From: Malacoraja senta
Lineage: Eukaryota
Assembly: GCA_038087875.1 (NCBI GenBank)
Contig: CM075992.1
Location: 4,528,001 to 4,592,000, forward strand
DNA length: 64,000 bases
Direction: 5' to 3'
Positions within the stretch are counted from its first letter, which is position 1. Every line of letters starts with the position of its first letter. A model generated the notes under the pieces. The model saw only the letters and a list, made by a program, of their open reading frames with translations, ran no database searches and was not told the DNA's origin. A program made the position numbers and the translations under genes. Shown piece after piece: positions 14,101-28,000 of this stretch.

Positions 14101-15823
14101 TGCCCGGGTATGGAACACCTCATCTTCGGCGCAGATGTGGCGTAGACAGAGAAAATGGGAGTAGGGAATAGAGTCTTTGCAGGAGGCAGGGTGGGAAGAA
14201 GTGTTCTTCCTTATCTCTGTGTCTCCCTCTCCCTGACTCTCAGTCTGAGAAGGGTCTTGATGTGAAACGTCACCCATTCGTTCTATCCAGAGATGCTGCC
14301 TGTCCCGCTAAGTTACTCCAGCATTTTGTGTCTACGGTGTAAACCAACATCTGCAGTTCTTACTAAACTTATAAAGGTGTTTTGAATAAATAAGGAAATG
14401 GGGAATATTTTAGTTTTATAGTTAGTTTTAGAGATAGAGCATGGAAACATGCCCTTTAGCAGTGACAGCATGTGATGTGCAGCCAAGATGCTCTTGTATT
14501 TTTTCTTAAATCGAAACAGCCAATATATCACAGCCTGGATGTTAGGGTGGGAAATAGTTTTCTGAGATTTAGTTTAGAGATATTGCTTTGCTCAGCTATA
14601 CCGATATATTCCATTTCACCTTCTTCCTCTCCATTTGCAGGTTAAATCTTATCATGTTGTGGTTGTTACCTCCCAGTGGTTCTTTTACCTTGAGTTCTCC
14701 TTTCAAATCCAGTTTATTACACCATACTAAATCCAGAATTGCCTTTTCCCTGGTTGGTTCCACTACAAGCATCTCGGAGGCACCCTTTCTTCCAGTACTA
14801 ACCTGATTTTCCCAGTCTACCTGCATATTGAAATCTTCCATGACCAGCATAGAATTGCCTTTCCATCTGTGAAATGGCGTGGAGATGGGAAAATGTGGCT
14901 AGAGGTGGCAAACATATTGGAGGATATGATGTCCGGGTATGGAACACCTCATCTTCGGCGCAGATGTGGCGTAGACAGAGAAAATGGGAGTAGGGAATAG
15001 AGTCTTTGCAGGAGGCAGGGTGGGAAGAAGTGTTCTTCCTTATCTCTGTGTCTCCCTCTCCCCTGACTCTCAGTCTGAAGAAGGGTCTTGATGTGAAACG
15101 TCACCCATTCGTTCTATCCAGAGATGCTGCCTGTCCCGCTAAGTTACTCCAGCATTTTGTGTCTACGGTGTAAACCAACATCTGCAGTTCTTACTAAACT
15201 TATAAAGGTGTTTTGAATAAATAAGGAAATGGGGAATATTTTTAGTTTTATAGTTAGTTTTAGAGATAGAGCATGGAAACATGCCCTTTAGCAATGACAG
15301 CATGTGATGTGCAGCCAAGATGCTCTTGTATTTTTTCTTAAATCGAAACAGCCAATATATCACAGCCTGGATGTTAGGGTGGGAAATAGTTTTCTGAGAT
15401 TTAGTTTAGAGATATTGCGTGGAAACTGGGCTTTTGGCCACTTGGTCCACATTGATCAACCATTCGCATTAGTTCTGTGTTATCCTACTTTTGGGTGACT
15501 ATGTTGGTGTTGCTTCTGACATTCATCTAGAAGCCAAATTTCTTTAAATTATTGTCAATTTCTGCCGTGCTCTTATGTTTGTATCTGACCCTTCCCTTTT
15601 CTGACTTGATTTTTCGAACTTCATTTTGAGGGATATGTTAGCAAACTGTATCCACTCTAAAACCACTGACTCCCTCAGTTATCTCAATTGCATATCCAAC
15701 CCATGTCATTGTGATGCTCCATTCCTTGTTTCATTGTATCCACTCTGATGACAAGATTGTTCATGTTTTGCCTTTTAAAATATTGCAGTGAATTTTGGGC
15801 ATTAAAAAAATTGATTATTTGGC

Positions 15824-15833
15824 TTTATTTATT
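15824..15833 (-). terminator. Overlapping AATAAA polyadenylation signals of C3
   Basis: tttatttatt on + strand, ~55-65 nt downstream of the stop codon. Confidence 0.7.
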
Positions 15834-15887
15834 GAAAACCGTTGGGCCTAAATAATGTTTTACAACTTATTTTAAGCTGCAATGTAA

Positions 15888-16029
15888 TTAGTTATCGCAC
15901 TCAAAGGTCTGAAGGTCATCGGCAAACAGCCTCAGGTCGTTACAGAGTTCTCTGAACATCTCCTGTTGGCATTCTGCATTGCTTGGCCACCTTTCTATCC
16001 ATGTGTTTTCTCCAATCAGATATCTCACT
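15888..16029 (-). CDS. C3: C3 terminal coding exon (41-equivalent): [46 protein letters not shown]
   Basis: tttcAG acceptor, TW.E.WP motif, terminal Cys, TAA stop. Confidence 0.95.
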
Positions 16030-19000
16030 CTGAAATATTGAAACACCAGTAAAAATGAGGACAAGCATAGGGAACAGATAAGAGACATTTTCTAAATGTA
16101 TTCTAAATTAACAAGATGTCCATTAAACTCTTTGACCTTAACAAGGGTTCATATAGGGTTGATACTGAGAAGATATTTCCACCTGCAGTGATTCCTGAAG
16201 TTGAAACCACCAATGTAAAATAATCACAATGAAAGATAGTGGAAATTTAGAACTTTGCCTCGTAGGGAGCAATTGAGGTGAACAGTACAGTACATTTGAA
16301 ATGGAGTGGAAGGAAGCTCATGTGGACTAGTTCAGCTGGATTGCCTATTTCTTGCTCCTTTGTTGCATCCAACAGTTATTCAAAATCCATCTGCAATTGG
16401 TCAGATTATTCATGTTGATGATGCGGGCATTTATGCTTTTCCATCATTCTGATTATTCCACAGATTCACTCATCACTAAAATGGTCAATACTATCTACTG
16501 GAATTTTCATTGGTGTGTCAGCAGTGGATAGAAAGCAACTTCCCAGGCATTAATGGCTGTTCCTAGATCCGGCATATACAGTAGATGTAGCAAAGAAGTC
16601 GTACCAGTTCCTCTATGTTTAAAAAGGTACAGCAATTCACAGAATACTCTAACTAACTTCTGCAGATGGTCTGTAGAAAGTGTCCCTGGACAGATTACAG
16701 CATATTCTTGTACGGCAATTGCAACACACAGGATTGTGAGAGGTTGCAGAGTGTGGTGTGCTCGGCAGCTGCCCCATCACGGGTATAGCACCACCTACTC
16801 ATCAAAAGCAGCTACACGAGGCACAGAATCAAGAAAGCAGCATCAATCATCAAAGATCTCCATCATTTGGGCTATGCCGTCGTCTCACTGTTCAGAGTTT
16901 CTTTCCTATGTCATCAGGTTCTTGAACCCTACCTTTAATACAGACCAGTCTTGTGGTCAGCTGTTGCCAAACCAGTATGATGCAACCCAATAGAATGGTA
17001 TCCTGATCTGGAAGATCATCATCATCGGCGGTCACTCGAAACGAGTATGACTGTCCTCTTTTGGGAGGACGCCTGTGTGTGACTTTGTTTAACAAGGGGA
17101 GACTGGTGCACAAATCCAGATGGTGCATGGGATCCAGTGCGACTTGGTATTTTCCCCATTGAAACTGAAGGCAATGATGGAAGGATTTTATTCTGGTTGG
17201 TGATCAGTGGTGTTGTGCTAGACCTTTTTGTCTGTTATATTTCAATGATTTGGAAGAAAGTGTAGATTGGATTGATGAGTAATTTTGCAGAGGGCACAAA
17301 AATTGGTGAAGTTGCGGACAATGAAGTAGGCTTTCAAAGGATACAGAAGAGAAATTGCAGACGTGCAGTCTGGGAAAGTGTAAGTCGTTGCAATTTTGGA
17401 ATTTGAAATGCATGGAGAAAGTACAGATCATGGCAGGATCCTTAACATTATTGATGTACGGAGGCATTTTGCTGTCCATTAAAGTGACAATACAAATAGA
17501 TGGAGTGGGGAAAAAAGGCATATCATATGCTTGTGGTTGGGACATTGAATATAAAAGTTAGAAAGTCATATTAATGCTTTGGTTGGTCGCATTTGGAATA
17601 TTATGTACAATTCTGTTTGCCTCATAGGAAGGAAGCAACGGTGAGAGTTCAGATGCTTACCCGCATGCTGCCTGGATTAGAGGGTTTATAGCTGTAAGGT
17701 TGGAAAAACTTGGATTCATTTTTCTTTTCTGGAACATTGGTGGTTGAGAGGAGACTTGAAATAAGTGTGTAAAATTATGAGAGGTTTGATTTAGTTTAGA
17801 GAAACAGCGTGGGAACAGGCCCTTCAGCCCGCCGGGTCCATGCTGACCAACAATCACCCAGTACACTAGTTCTGTCCTTCACTCTAGGGACAATTTACAG
17901 GAGCCAATCAACCTTCAAGTCCTTGCAATGTGGCAGGAAACTAGTGCACCCGGAGAAAACCCATGTTGTCACAGGGAAAACGTGCAAATTCCGTAAAGAC
18001 AGCACGTATAGTCAGGATCGAACCAGGGAGCAACTTTAGCGCTGCGCCACTGTGCCGCCCCTTAGAAAGGGGAGACAATCAGAACTTTTTTGCGAGGGTG
18101 GAAATGTCCAATTCAAAAGGACATAGCTCTGTCAGAGGAGGGAAATTTAATGAAGACGTGTGGGGTAAATTTTGATTTACACATGGTGGTTTACATTGCT
18201 ATGGGTACTGGAAAGCAGAATAGATAGTGGCGTTTAAGAATGTTTTGATAAAGACATGAATGGAGGAAGATGGGTCATGTGCAGAGCAAAGGGAATAATC
18301 TAATTCACTATCATGTTCAGCACAGAGATTGTGGGCTGTTTAGCCAACTGCTGTGTCATTCTGTTTTATGTTCCACAGATCTGGTCTCCATATTGAAGAC
18401 TATTCAGAATAGAGGATGTGCAAAAAGATTTAACAGATTTATTGAGTCATTGAGTCATACAGAGTGGAACCAGGCTCTTTGGCCCAACGCACACGCTGAC
18501 CAACATGCCCCATCTATACTAGTGTAACTTGCACGCGCTTGGCCCATAACCCTCTAAACCTATCCTATCCAAGTACCTGTCCAATTCCTTGGATGGCTTT
18601 AAGATGTTGTATAAGAGGAGAGAGTCAAACTAGGTCTATACTCTCCAAAGTTTACAACAATGAAGGGTAATCTCAAGGAAACATTCAAATTCTTATAGAT
18701 TTTGACAAGGTAGATGCAGGACAATTCCCTGGAGGAAGATTTGTTGTAACAGAGAAAGTAAGTAGGTAAGGCCTGCGTCACTTGTCCTTTGAAATATACA
18801 GATACCTTCGGACGCTTGTTAGTGTGGATGGTAAGAAATTAATTCTCAGCCTGGAATACCTAGAAGTCCCAGTCTTAAAACAAAGAATAGCCTTGCATGG
18901 TAAATATAAGAAGAAATGTCTCTTTCAAATGCCATGCCCCAGAGGGGTGTGTGTATATTCAAGGCATAGTGAAAAGATTGTGTTATGAAGTAACTCCAGA

Positions 19001-22000
19001 TGTGGTGTTAGTGCAGGAAGGTAGGGCTGAGGTAAAAGATCAGTCTTTAAGTAGCTGAACGGGTGTGAAGAGACTCGCTGCAGTCAATTGGTTTTATTTC
19101 ACCTCTTGTTAGAAATAACCTTTGGGGTTTCCCTGGGATCCTGTAACATACGATTGGTTTGTTATGAATTTGGACATTGATCCCAGAGAACTCAAATATA
19201 GCATTGACTGAATTTAATTGGTTGGTAAACATTGGGCTATTTTGACTAGGTGAAATTTGTTGCAGGAATGCAACCCCATTCCATTTTTTGTGTCTCAATT
19301 GTCTGTAAATTATTATCTAGGTACTTCATGCCTATTTGTAATCTCTCAGAAATTGTTAAACCTCCACAGATTACAATTTTATCATATTTATAAAAGTAAT
19401 TATTTCATTCTTTAAGTTAGTTTCTCCAGTATTCAAATGTTAATTGTGCCAGAAAGTTGGAGAATGAACATGAGTTACATCGATTCGGATTTTGCAGCTT
19501 ACCTCTCATCATCACTCCACAGGTCTGAGTCCTGTCCCATTATTAGATAATCATGGTTCAGTTCCACATTAAATTTATTGTTGCAGTGGACATGTGTGAT
19601 TAGTGTTCTCACAGTATTTTGAGCAACTGCATCAGTTCCTAAAATGAAAATTCACACAATTACATGATAGACTAATCCCATCCACCGTTGTTCAGTGCCA
19701 TCAAATTTGTTGGTAATGTGCTAAATAGTAACTAATTAACTCTTGATGCCTAATATGTATGTGACTTAAATGGCCAATGTTGTCCTGTAACTCATCACTT
19801 GCAATGAATTGAGAATCTTCATTTTGTTAATTAGAAAATAATTTTTGAGTCATATAGCCTTCTGTTGGGTGTATGATCTCAAAGCTATGAATGTGAACTC
19901 TGCATCTTTGTCATTTTGTGATCATAATGATGAAATGTAAGGCAGTGTATGAGAATGGTCTTGCTGTTTAGAATTTGATTACTTAGTTATTGATTGGTAG
20001 TAGATGTCTGTTCAGTAAGTATGCATGCAAGATACATTCATCTGCATAATGTGAGTATCTATAATATCCTTCTGTTCAAATGAATCTCTGTGACATGACA
20101 ATGCAATTGTAGTAATAAAGAAATTATGTTGTGGGTAACACTTTCACAGCTGTACATTCTGGATCAGAACCAAATTCTTAGTTAAAAATTCAGATCTAGC
20201 CAGAAATGTATGCCTGCAGGTGCTGAAGGAAAGTTTGAAAATAGGATTCTGCTACTTATTCCTTGCCTGAAAAGGAGAAATTGGGGACACTCTTGGCTTT
20301 CCTGGGAATTTGTTTCTGGGAAGTCCTGCTTTGTTCACCTCTGGGCAGACATTTGCCTTTACTGCATGTACTTGTTTCAAACTAATCATACAAATTATAA
20401 AAATGTAGTCAATTAATCGCCAAAGGCATTGGCTGCTATCCTGAGATAATCCCAACAGCCATAAGTAAAGAAATGTCAACACCCCAATGGAATTGTTTAG
20501 TACGGGTACAGGCCCTTTTACCCAACTTGTCCTCTCTTCCTGAGCTAGTCCCATTTGCCTATGTTTAGCCCATATCCCTCGAAACCTTTCCTATCGATGT
20601 ACCTACCCTAATGTCCTTTAATCCTTGTAATTGTCCCCACCTCTACTGCTTCCTCTGGCCATCACTGCTAAATGGGTTATTTCCATGGTCCAGTTTTCTT
20701 AATCTTGCTACTTCCGCTTTTGAACTACTTGCTTTGATCATGCTTTTGCTATAATTCTATGCAAACATTTTAAAAGTTTGCCCAAAAAATCATGCATGTC
20801 AAATAATAGTTTAGACGACTCTAAATCATGCTTTACAAGTGTACATTCTCAGGATAAAATTATCCAGATACTTGTACAAATTTTGTACTCTATTCCAACC
20901 CATGTATGACTAAAAATGTGCACTTCACATGTAGAACTTTGCCCATGGAGGTGTGTATATCCTTATACGTCTGTGCTGCCATGGTCCTCAGGTATAGAAA
21001 TTACTCACCTTGTTTGATAAGAGTCAGAATTTTCATTGCGTAGTATATGTAATTGTCTCTCTTTTCCTTTCCAGTAAATGTCACTTTGTAAACTAAAAAA
21101 TAAAATTGTTTTTAACAACAGTGGAGTGAACAATGGCCAAATCCAATTTGAAATGGCAATAGTATAATAATAATAATAATGGATTTTATTTACGGGCGCC
21201 TTATACCGAGGTCTCAAGGACACCATACAGAGATTTATAGAAAACATATAATCAGAATTTATAGAAACATATAATCAGTATGATCTATATCCAGTTCCAA
21301 AACTGGACACTTATGATTTTTGGGGGAACCTTTCCCATTCTGTATCTCTCTCACCTCTGCAGTAAATCATCCTTCAAAAGACAGATCCAACAGCCTCCGT
21401 GGAGGTGACAAAGACAACGAGAAAGAAAAGGACAGTTCTCGTATTTACATGAAGGAATATGGCAGTTCTGGTCAATGTGATACATGTCAGGAGGGAGACC
21501 AGAAGACCCACAAGGCCCATTGTAAATATCTGGCCATAGAAGACTGTCCTAACCTCCTGTAGAATGTGAACCCCTATACAATTGGGCAATGCTGAAAGAA
21601 ATGTCATTCTCTCTGAAGATGCACCAGGGTGATTTCCATGCCACTGTCTACATGTGAAGAATGGAGATGTTTCCAAAAATATATTTCATGGAAAAATCTC
21701 AGTTCTTTATGACAGATGCAGAAACATCAAAATGTTGTAGCAATCCATTAATGAAAGTGGTATGTAGATTATTTATTCGCTCATGTTGGTTGACTTGGAC
21801 AGTATGATGCAAAGACATCTTAAGTACACCTGTCCCTTCCTGGCTAATTACGGATTTGCCATATGTGTGGACAGGATCATTAGGGATATTTTGGTGACTG
21901 CTTTTGAAAAATCTCTCTGCTTAGGAACACATTATATTGCATGCTCCAAATGTCTGTTGACTGAACACATCTGGAATACAATGCTATTGATGGAGCACAT

Positions 22001-25000
22001 TCTTATGGCCTTTCTGTTCTACCTGTTGCTCTCTGGATAAGAACAGTAGATTATGTGGCCCCTGTTTAAAAAAACATTTTGGTTTACAACAATCCAGTAG
22101 TTTAACAGTTATTATCTCAGAGTATTCTTTTAAATGTCAATTTTATTTAATCCCTCATCTGCATTGATAGGATTTGAAAAGCACAATTTGTGATCGACAG
22201 TTCAGTCGTTTGAAAATGGCTACAGTAACTTAACCACTGTCATCGAAACACTGACAGAAATAAAATGTGTTAATCAACATATTGGCCAAACTTGATTACA
22301 CCAAGAATAATGAAATATGCATAAATCTTTACGATCAATCTGCTAGACACAAAGTGCTGAAGTTACTCAACAGGTCAGGCAGCATCAATGGACAAAAAGG
22401 ATGGATGAAATTTTGGTTCAGGATCCTTTTTCTCCACACTTTGTGTCTATCTTTGATATAAACTAGTATCTGTAGTTATTTGTTTCTAAAGATCATTGAA
22501 AACAGTTGAAAACAGTGTGATTAAAGATAGGTTTACCATAATCACTTCCTGGGGCACATGAAATCTCATCACGTTTTGCAAGATCTCTTTGGTCTGTCTT
22601 TAGTGAAACGCAGCTTCCTGCAGATGCAGAAGAAAGAAAAAAATATTTTCTGAAGTAACTCTGCTTCATTTCTGTTCAATGATTGCCCATTGGTGAACTC
22701 TGACTCCTTTCTTCAATAGGCTATCAATATTACTTGATCCAGTAAGTGCATGACCAGCAAGCACTTTTCTACTTGCACACACAAATAAAATACTAGATTC
22801 TGTCTGCATTTTGCTTGTTGTGAGCAAGTTGCAATGAGAGGTGTGTGACAGCAAATCCAGCAAACATTAAAGTCTTCCCATGGACAACAGCAGCAACAAA
22901 TAATCAAATATTTTGTCTATCACATATCTCCATTAAGCAAAGAAATTGGTCCCTGAAAAAAACTCTGGTTTAATAAATGCTGCAAATTCACAATCTATAT
23001 TACAGCTGGCGTCCTGGTGCCGTAGCAACAACCTAGAGCTCAATGCTCTTAAGACAGTGGAATTGATTGTAGACTTTAGGAGAGCTCCCCCTCCCCTCAT
23101 CCCACTCACCATCAACAACACCACAGTCACATCTGTGGAGTCTTTTAAGTTCCTGGGAACCATCATCTCCAAGGACTTTAAGTGGGGGACTACCATCGAA
23201 TCCACAGTCAAAAAGGCACAACAGAGGATGTACTTCCTGCGGCAGCTGAGGAAGCACAATCTGCCACAGGCAATGATGGTCCAATTCTACACGGCCATCG
23301 TAGAGTCTGTTCTCACCTTCTCCATCATGGTCTGGTTTGGCTCAGCCACCAAGCACGACACCTGGAGGTTGCAGCGAATCGTCCGATCAGCAGAGAAGAT
23401 TATTGGCTGCAACCTTCCCGCCATTGATGAACTGTACACTGCAAGGGCCAGGAAGCGAGCGGGCAAGATCATCTCTGACCCCTCTCAACCTGGCCACAAA
23501 CTCTTTGAATCACTTCCCTCTGGAAGGCGACTCCGGATTGTCAAAGCTGTCACAGCCAGACATAAAAACAGTTTTTATCCACGAGTAGTTGCTCTACTCA
23601 ACAGCCAAAAATCTGTAACCTCCCTTTGATCTGGTATTTTGTTGGTTCACATGCTTGATCAATGGTGTTTTATCATTAATGTCTTATTATTATTAATGTT
23701 TAGTGTTTTCTGAGTCATTCGTAACTGTCACTGTATGTCATGTTACTTGTGGGCGGAGCACCAAGGCAAATTGCTTGTATGTGAATACTTGGCCAATAAA
23801 CTTACTTACTTACTTACTAAAAGTCTGATCTTGATCACTTCCAGTTACATAGATACATAGAAAATAGGTGCAGGAGTAGGCCATTCGGCCCTTCGAGCCT
23901 GCACCGCCATTCAATATGATCATGGCTGATCATCCAACTCAGTATCCCGTACCTGCCTTCTCTCCATACCCCCTGATCCCTTTAGCCACAAGGGCCACAT
24001 CTAACTCCCTCTTAAATATAGCCAATGAACTGGCGTCAACTCCCCTCTGTGGCAGAGAGTTCCAGAGATTCACCACTCTCTGTGTGAAAAAGTTTTTCCT
24101 CATCTCGGTCTTAAAGGATTTCCCCCTTATCCTTAAGCTGTGACCCCTTGTCCTGGACTTCCCCAACATCGGGAACAATCTTCCTGCATCTAGCCTGTCC
24201 AACCCCATAAGAATTTTGTACGTTTCTATAAGATCCCCTCTCAATCTCCTAAATTCTAGTGAGTATAAGCCAAGTCTATCCAGTCTTTCTTCATATGAAA
24301 GTCCTGACATCCCAGGAATCAGTCTGGTGAACCTTCTCTGCACTCCCTCTATGGCTATAATGTCCTTCCTCAGATTTGGAGACCAAAACTGTACGCAATA
24401 CTCCAGGTGTGGTCTCACCAAGACCCTGTACAACTGCAGTAGAACCTCCCTGCTCCTATACTCAAATCCTCTTGCTATGAAGGCCAACATACCATTCGCT
24501 TTCTTCACTGCCTGCTGCACCTGCATGCCTACTTTCAATGACTGGTGTACCATGACACCCAGGTCTCGCTGCACCTCCCCATTTCCTAATCGGCCACCAT
24601 TTAGATAATAGTCTGCCTTCCCGTTTTTGCCACCAAAGTGGATAACCTCACATTTATCCACATTATACTGCATCTGCCAAACATTTGCCCACTCACCCAG
24701 CCTATCCAAGTCACCTTGCAGTCTCCTAGCATCCTCCTCACAGCTAACACTGCCCCCCAGCTTAGTGTCATCCGCAAACTTGGAGATGTTGCTTTCAATT
24801 CCCTCGTCCAGATCATTAATATAAATTGTAAATAGCTGGGGTCCCAGCACTGAGCCTTGCGGTACCCCACTAGTCACTGCCTGCCATTGTGAAAAGGACC
24901 CGTTTACTCCTACTCTTTGCTTCCTGTTTGCCAGCCAGTTCTCTATCCACATCAATACTGAACCCCCAATACCGTGTGATTTAAGTTTGTATCCTAATCT

Positions 25001-28000
25001 CTTATGTGGTACCTTGTCGAAAGCCTTCTGAAAGTCCAGGTACAACACATCCACTGGTTCTCCCCTATCCACTCTACTAGTTACATCCTCGAAAAATTCT
25101 ATAAGATTCGTCAGACACGATTTACCTTTCGTAAATCCATGCTGACTTTGTCCAATGATTTCACCACTTTCCAAATGTGCTGCTATCCCATCTTTAATAA
25201 CTGACTCTAGCAGTTTCCCCACTACCGATGTTAGAATAACTGGTCTGTAATTCCCCGTTTTCTCTCTCCCTCCCTTCTTAAAAAGTGGTTCTGTATATTA
25301 ATTTTACAGTTCTGTATATTAATTTTAGAAAAAACGCTGTCACTTACGGCTCTGATTTTTGGCCATCTTACTCAGAGTCCCCCTCCGCTGCGCAGGACAA
25401 GAGGTTTTTCCCATCGAATGAAAAATAAAAGAGTTATTAGTGTTTAAAAATGTTGAGATTCTCTCTCCTGAAGGCCACGCCCCTTCCGGAGGGACTATAA
25501 AACCCGGAAGTGTTGAGTGCCTCAGTCAGTCTCTGCAAGATGGGGGAAGCAATAGGGTCACGTCTCTCAGTCTGAGCTGTGAATAACACTGAATAACACA
25601 GTCTACTAAACTGAGTGTGGTTTTACTGACCTTGAGTGCCCTTAATGTGGTTTGAAAATGAAAATGTGTTTGGTTTGAAATAAAGCACAGCAAATGGTCG
25701 GTGGTGGTTGGTTTGGACTAAAGCACAGCAAATGGTTGGTGGTGGTTGGTTTGGATTAAAGCACGATTAAAAGTCTAAACTTGACAACTTCCTGTTTGCA
25801 CTGCATATTGATTTTAGATAAAACGCTACCACTTACGGCTGTGATTTTTGGCCATATTACTCAGTCCCCCTCCGCTCATCAGGTGCAGAGGATTCTACCC
25901 ATCAATGAAAAATAAAAGTGTTATTAGTGTTTAAATAATGTTGAGAATCTCTCTCCTGTCAATCACACCATGAAGGACACGCCCCTTCCGGTGGGAGGGA
26001 TTATAAAACCTGGAAATGTGGGTGTGGCTCAGTCTCTGCAAGATGGGGGAGGTAGCGGTCACGACTCTGAGCTGTGAATCAACTGAACACACTGAATGTT
26101 TACTGAACTGTGAGTGTGGTGTTTATGTGGCGTTTTGTGGTGTTTTATGGTGGTTTTACCCTGCATGAAATGGTATGAAATTGCATTTTAATTTGGTGGC
26201 CTTGTACCCTGCTTGAAATGGTATGAATGCACTTGAATTTGGTGGCCTTGGACCCTGCTTGAAGTTGTATGAAACTGCACTTGAATTTGGTGGCTTTGCA
26301 GCCTGCTTGAAGAGGTATGAAACTGCACTTGAATTTGGTGGCCTTGAAACTTGCTTGAAATGGTATGAAACTGCACTTGAATTTGGTTGTCTTGCACCCT
26401 GCTTGAAGTGGTATGAAACTGCACTTGAATTTGGTGGCCTTGCACCCTGCTTGAAGTGGCATTAAACTGCACTTGAATTTGGTGGCCTTGCACCCTGCTT
26501 GGTGGCATGAAACTGCACTTGAATTTGGTGGCCTTGCACCCTGCTTGAAATGGAATTTCAAGGAATAGCCGTGTCAACTGCCAGCCCACCAGCCATGAGT
26601 GAGCTGCCAGCACATCAGGCTTGAGTGACTGAGCTGCCACCCCAAGAATCCATTTGGCCCACAATTTCCATACAAGCCCTCTGGAAAACCAGTCCCTTCA
26701 GCCCACGCCCATACTAGCACTCCAGAAAGCCCCCCCACCCCCACCAATATTGGAATTGGTGGAGAGGTGGAATATTGCGTTGGGGGACCAGCCCTCCTGT
26801 GTGAACATGGGACCCAACGGGTCCCACTTAGTCTAGTATTTAATTATAGTTGTACTAATTGCTAAATCAATACTTTTTTTCTGTTCCTCCCGCCATAACA
26901 CTTGCTCTTTCTGTTATCTGCTTGAATACATCTCTTACCAGTTTCTTCAGTTCTAGGTAAGATCATGTTTAATATACCCAAAAGGTACAATCATGCATTT
27001 TTCGTTAATCTTAATTCATTGGCCTATCTAGTTGAGTATTTTAGTAGCATTTAGAGTAAAAGTGTCATAGTCATATAGCATGGAAATAGGCCTTTCAATC
27101 CAACTTGCCCACACTGATCAATATACCCTACCTACACAAGTCCCACCTGCCTGCTTTTATCTTGTATCCTTCCAAACCTTTCCTATCTATGTCACTGACC
27201 AAATGTCGTAAATGGTGTAAAAGTACCTGCCTCAACTACCATATCTGGCAGCTCGTTCCATTTTCACACACCAATCTTTGTGTGAAAAAGATGCCCCTCA
27301 GGCCCTATTATCTTTCCCCACAATATGTTTTCATAAGAATATTCTGCAGTGGATAAAATATAGGCTAGACATTATAATTTTATGGTATCGGGCAACTGCT
27401 TTCCATGCAGGAAGTCAGTGGAAACCTGCGGGACTATTCTGCAGCTAACATGAAATTCTGTTCTTACAGAGATTAATCACCTGCAGAGACTGACTACCAC
27501 CTTTAAATTCATGATGACACAAACTTATTTAGAACTGAGCTGTCAGACCTGTGGCTGGAACTGTAGATAGTCAAGGAGAGAATAACTATGCCAAAGAGAT
27601 CGATGTACATACAAGAAATGATATTCATCTCATGGTGCTGGCTACCTTAGCAATCAGTATATTGCTGGATATAATTCATATTAAACATTCATGGAACTTT
27701 CAGATTTCACTGATGTTACCTCATGTAACTGCTACCGATCAGCAATCACAGAAATAGGTGCTCTGCTAACATGGAACTGACCATTAGAGCTTGTGGTCAC
27801 AGAATCCTCCTATTCAATGTTATTTTTTGTGATGGTACACGCAAGTATGGTATACCAGTACCTCTAAATGGTTAAAACGAAACAGTTGTATAGCATTCCA
27901 TGGTGTTGCGTGAACAGTTATATGTGTATTGGCATATTTGTCCTCTGAAACGGGCCCTTCAGCCCACCAAGTCCGCGCCGACCAGCGATCCCCACACATT

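Larger units (their letters stand above)
6637..16251. repeat. Near-identical segmental duplication around the gap: 6637-10096 matches 11130-14586, and 9264-10929 matches 14587-16251
   Basis: Direct comparison; copies differ by scattered SNPs and homopolymer indels. Confidence 0.92.
22994..26836 (+). mobile_element. Non-autonomous Helitron-like element with nested Rex1 and CR1 and an internal 48-bp minisatellite
   Basis: A|TCTATATTAC[Rex1]TAAAAGTCTGATCTTGA ... gggacccaacgggtccc-acttagt-CTAG|T. Confidence 0.8.

Noticed and set aside
26145..26664. Cys-rich repetitive ORFs
   Set aside because: Translations of minisatellite A; no splice or start context
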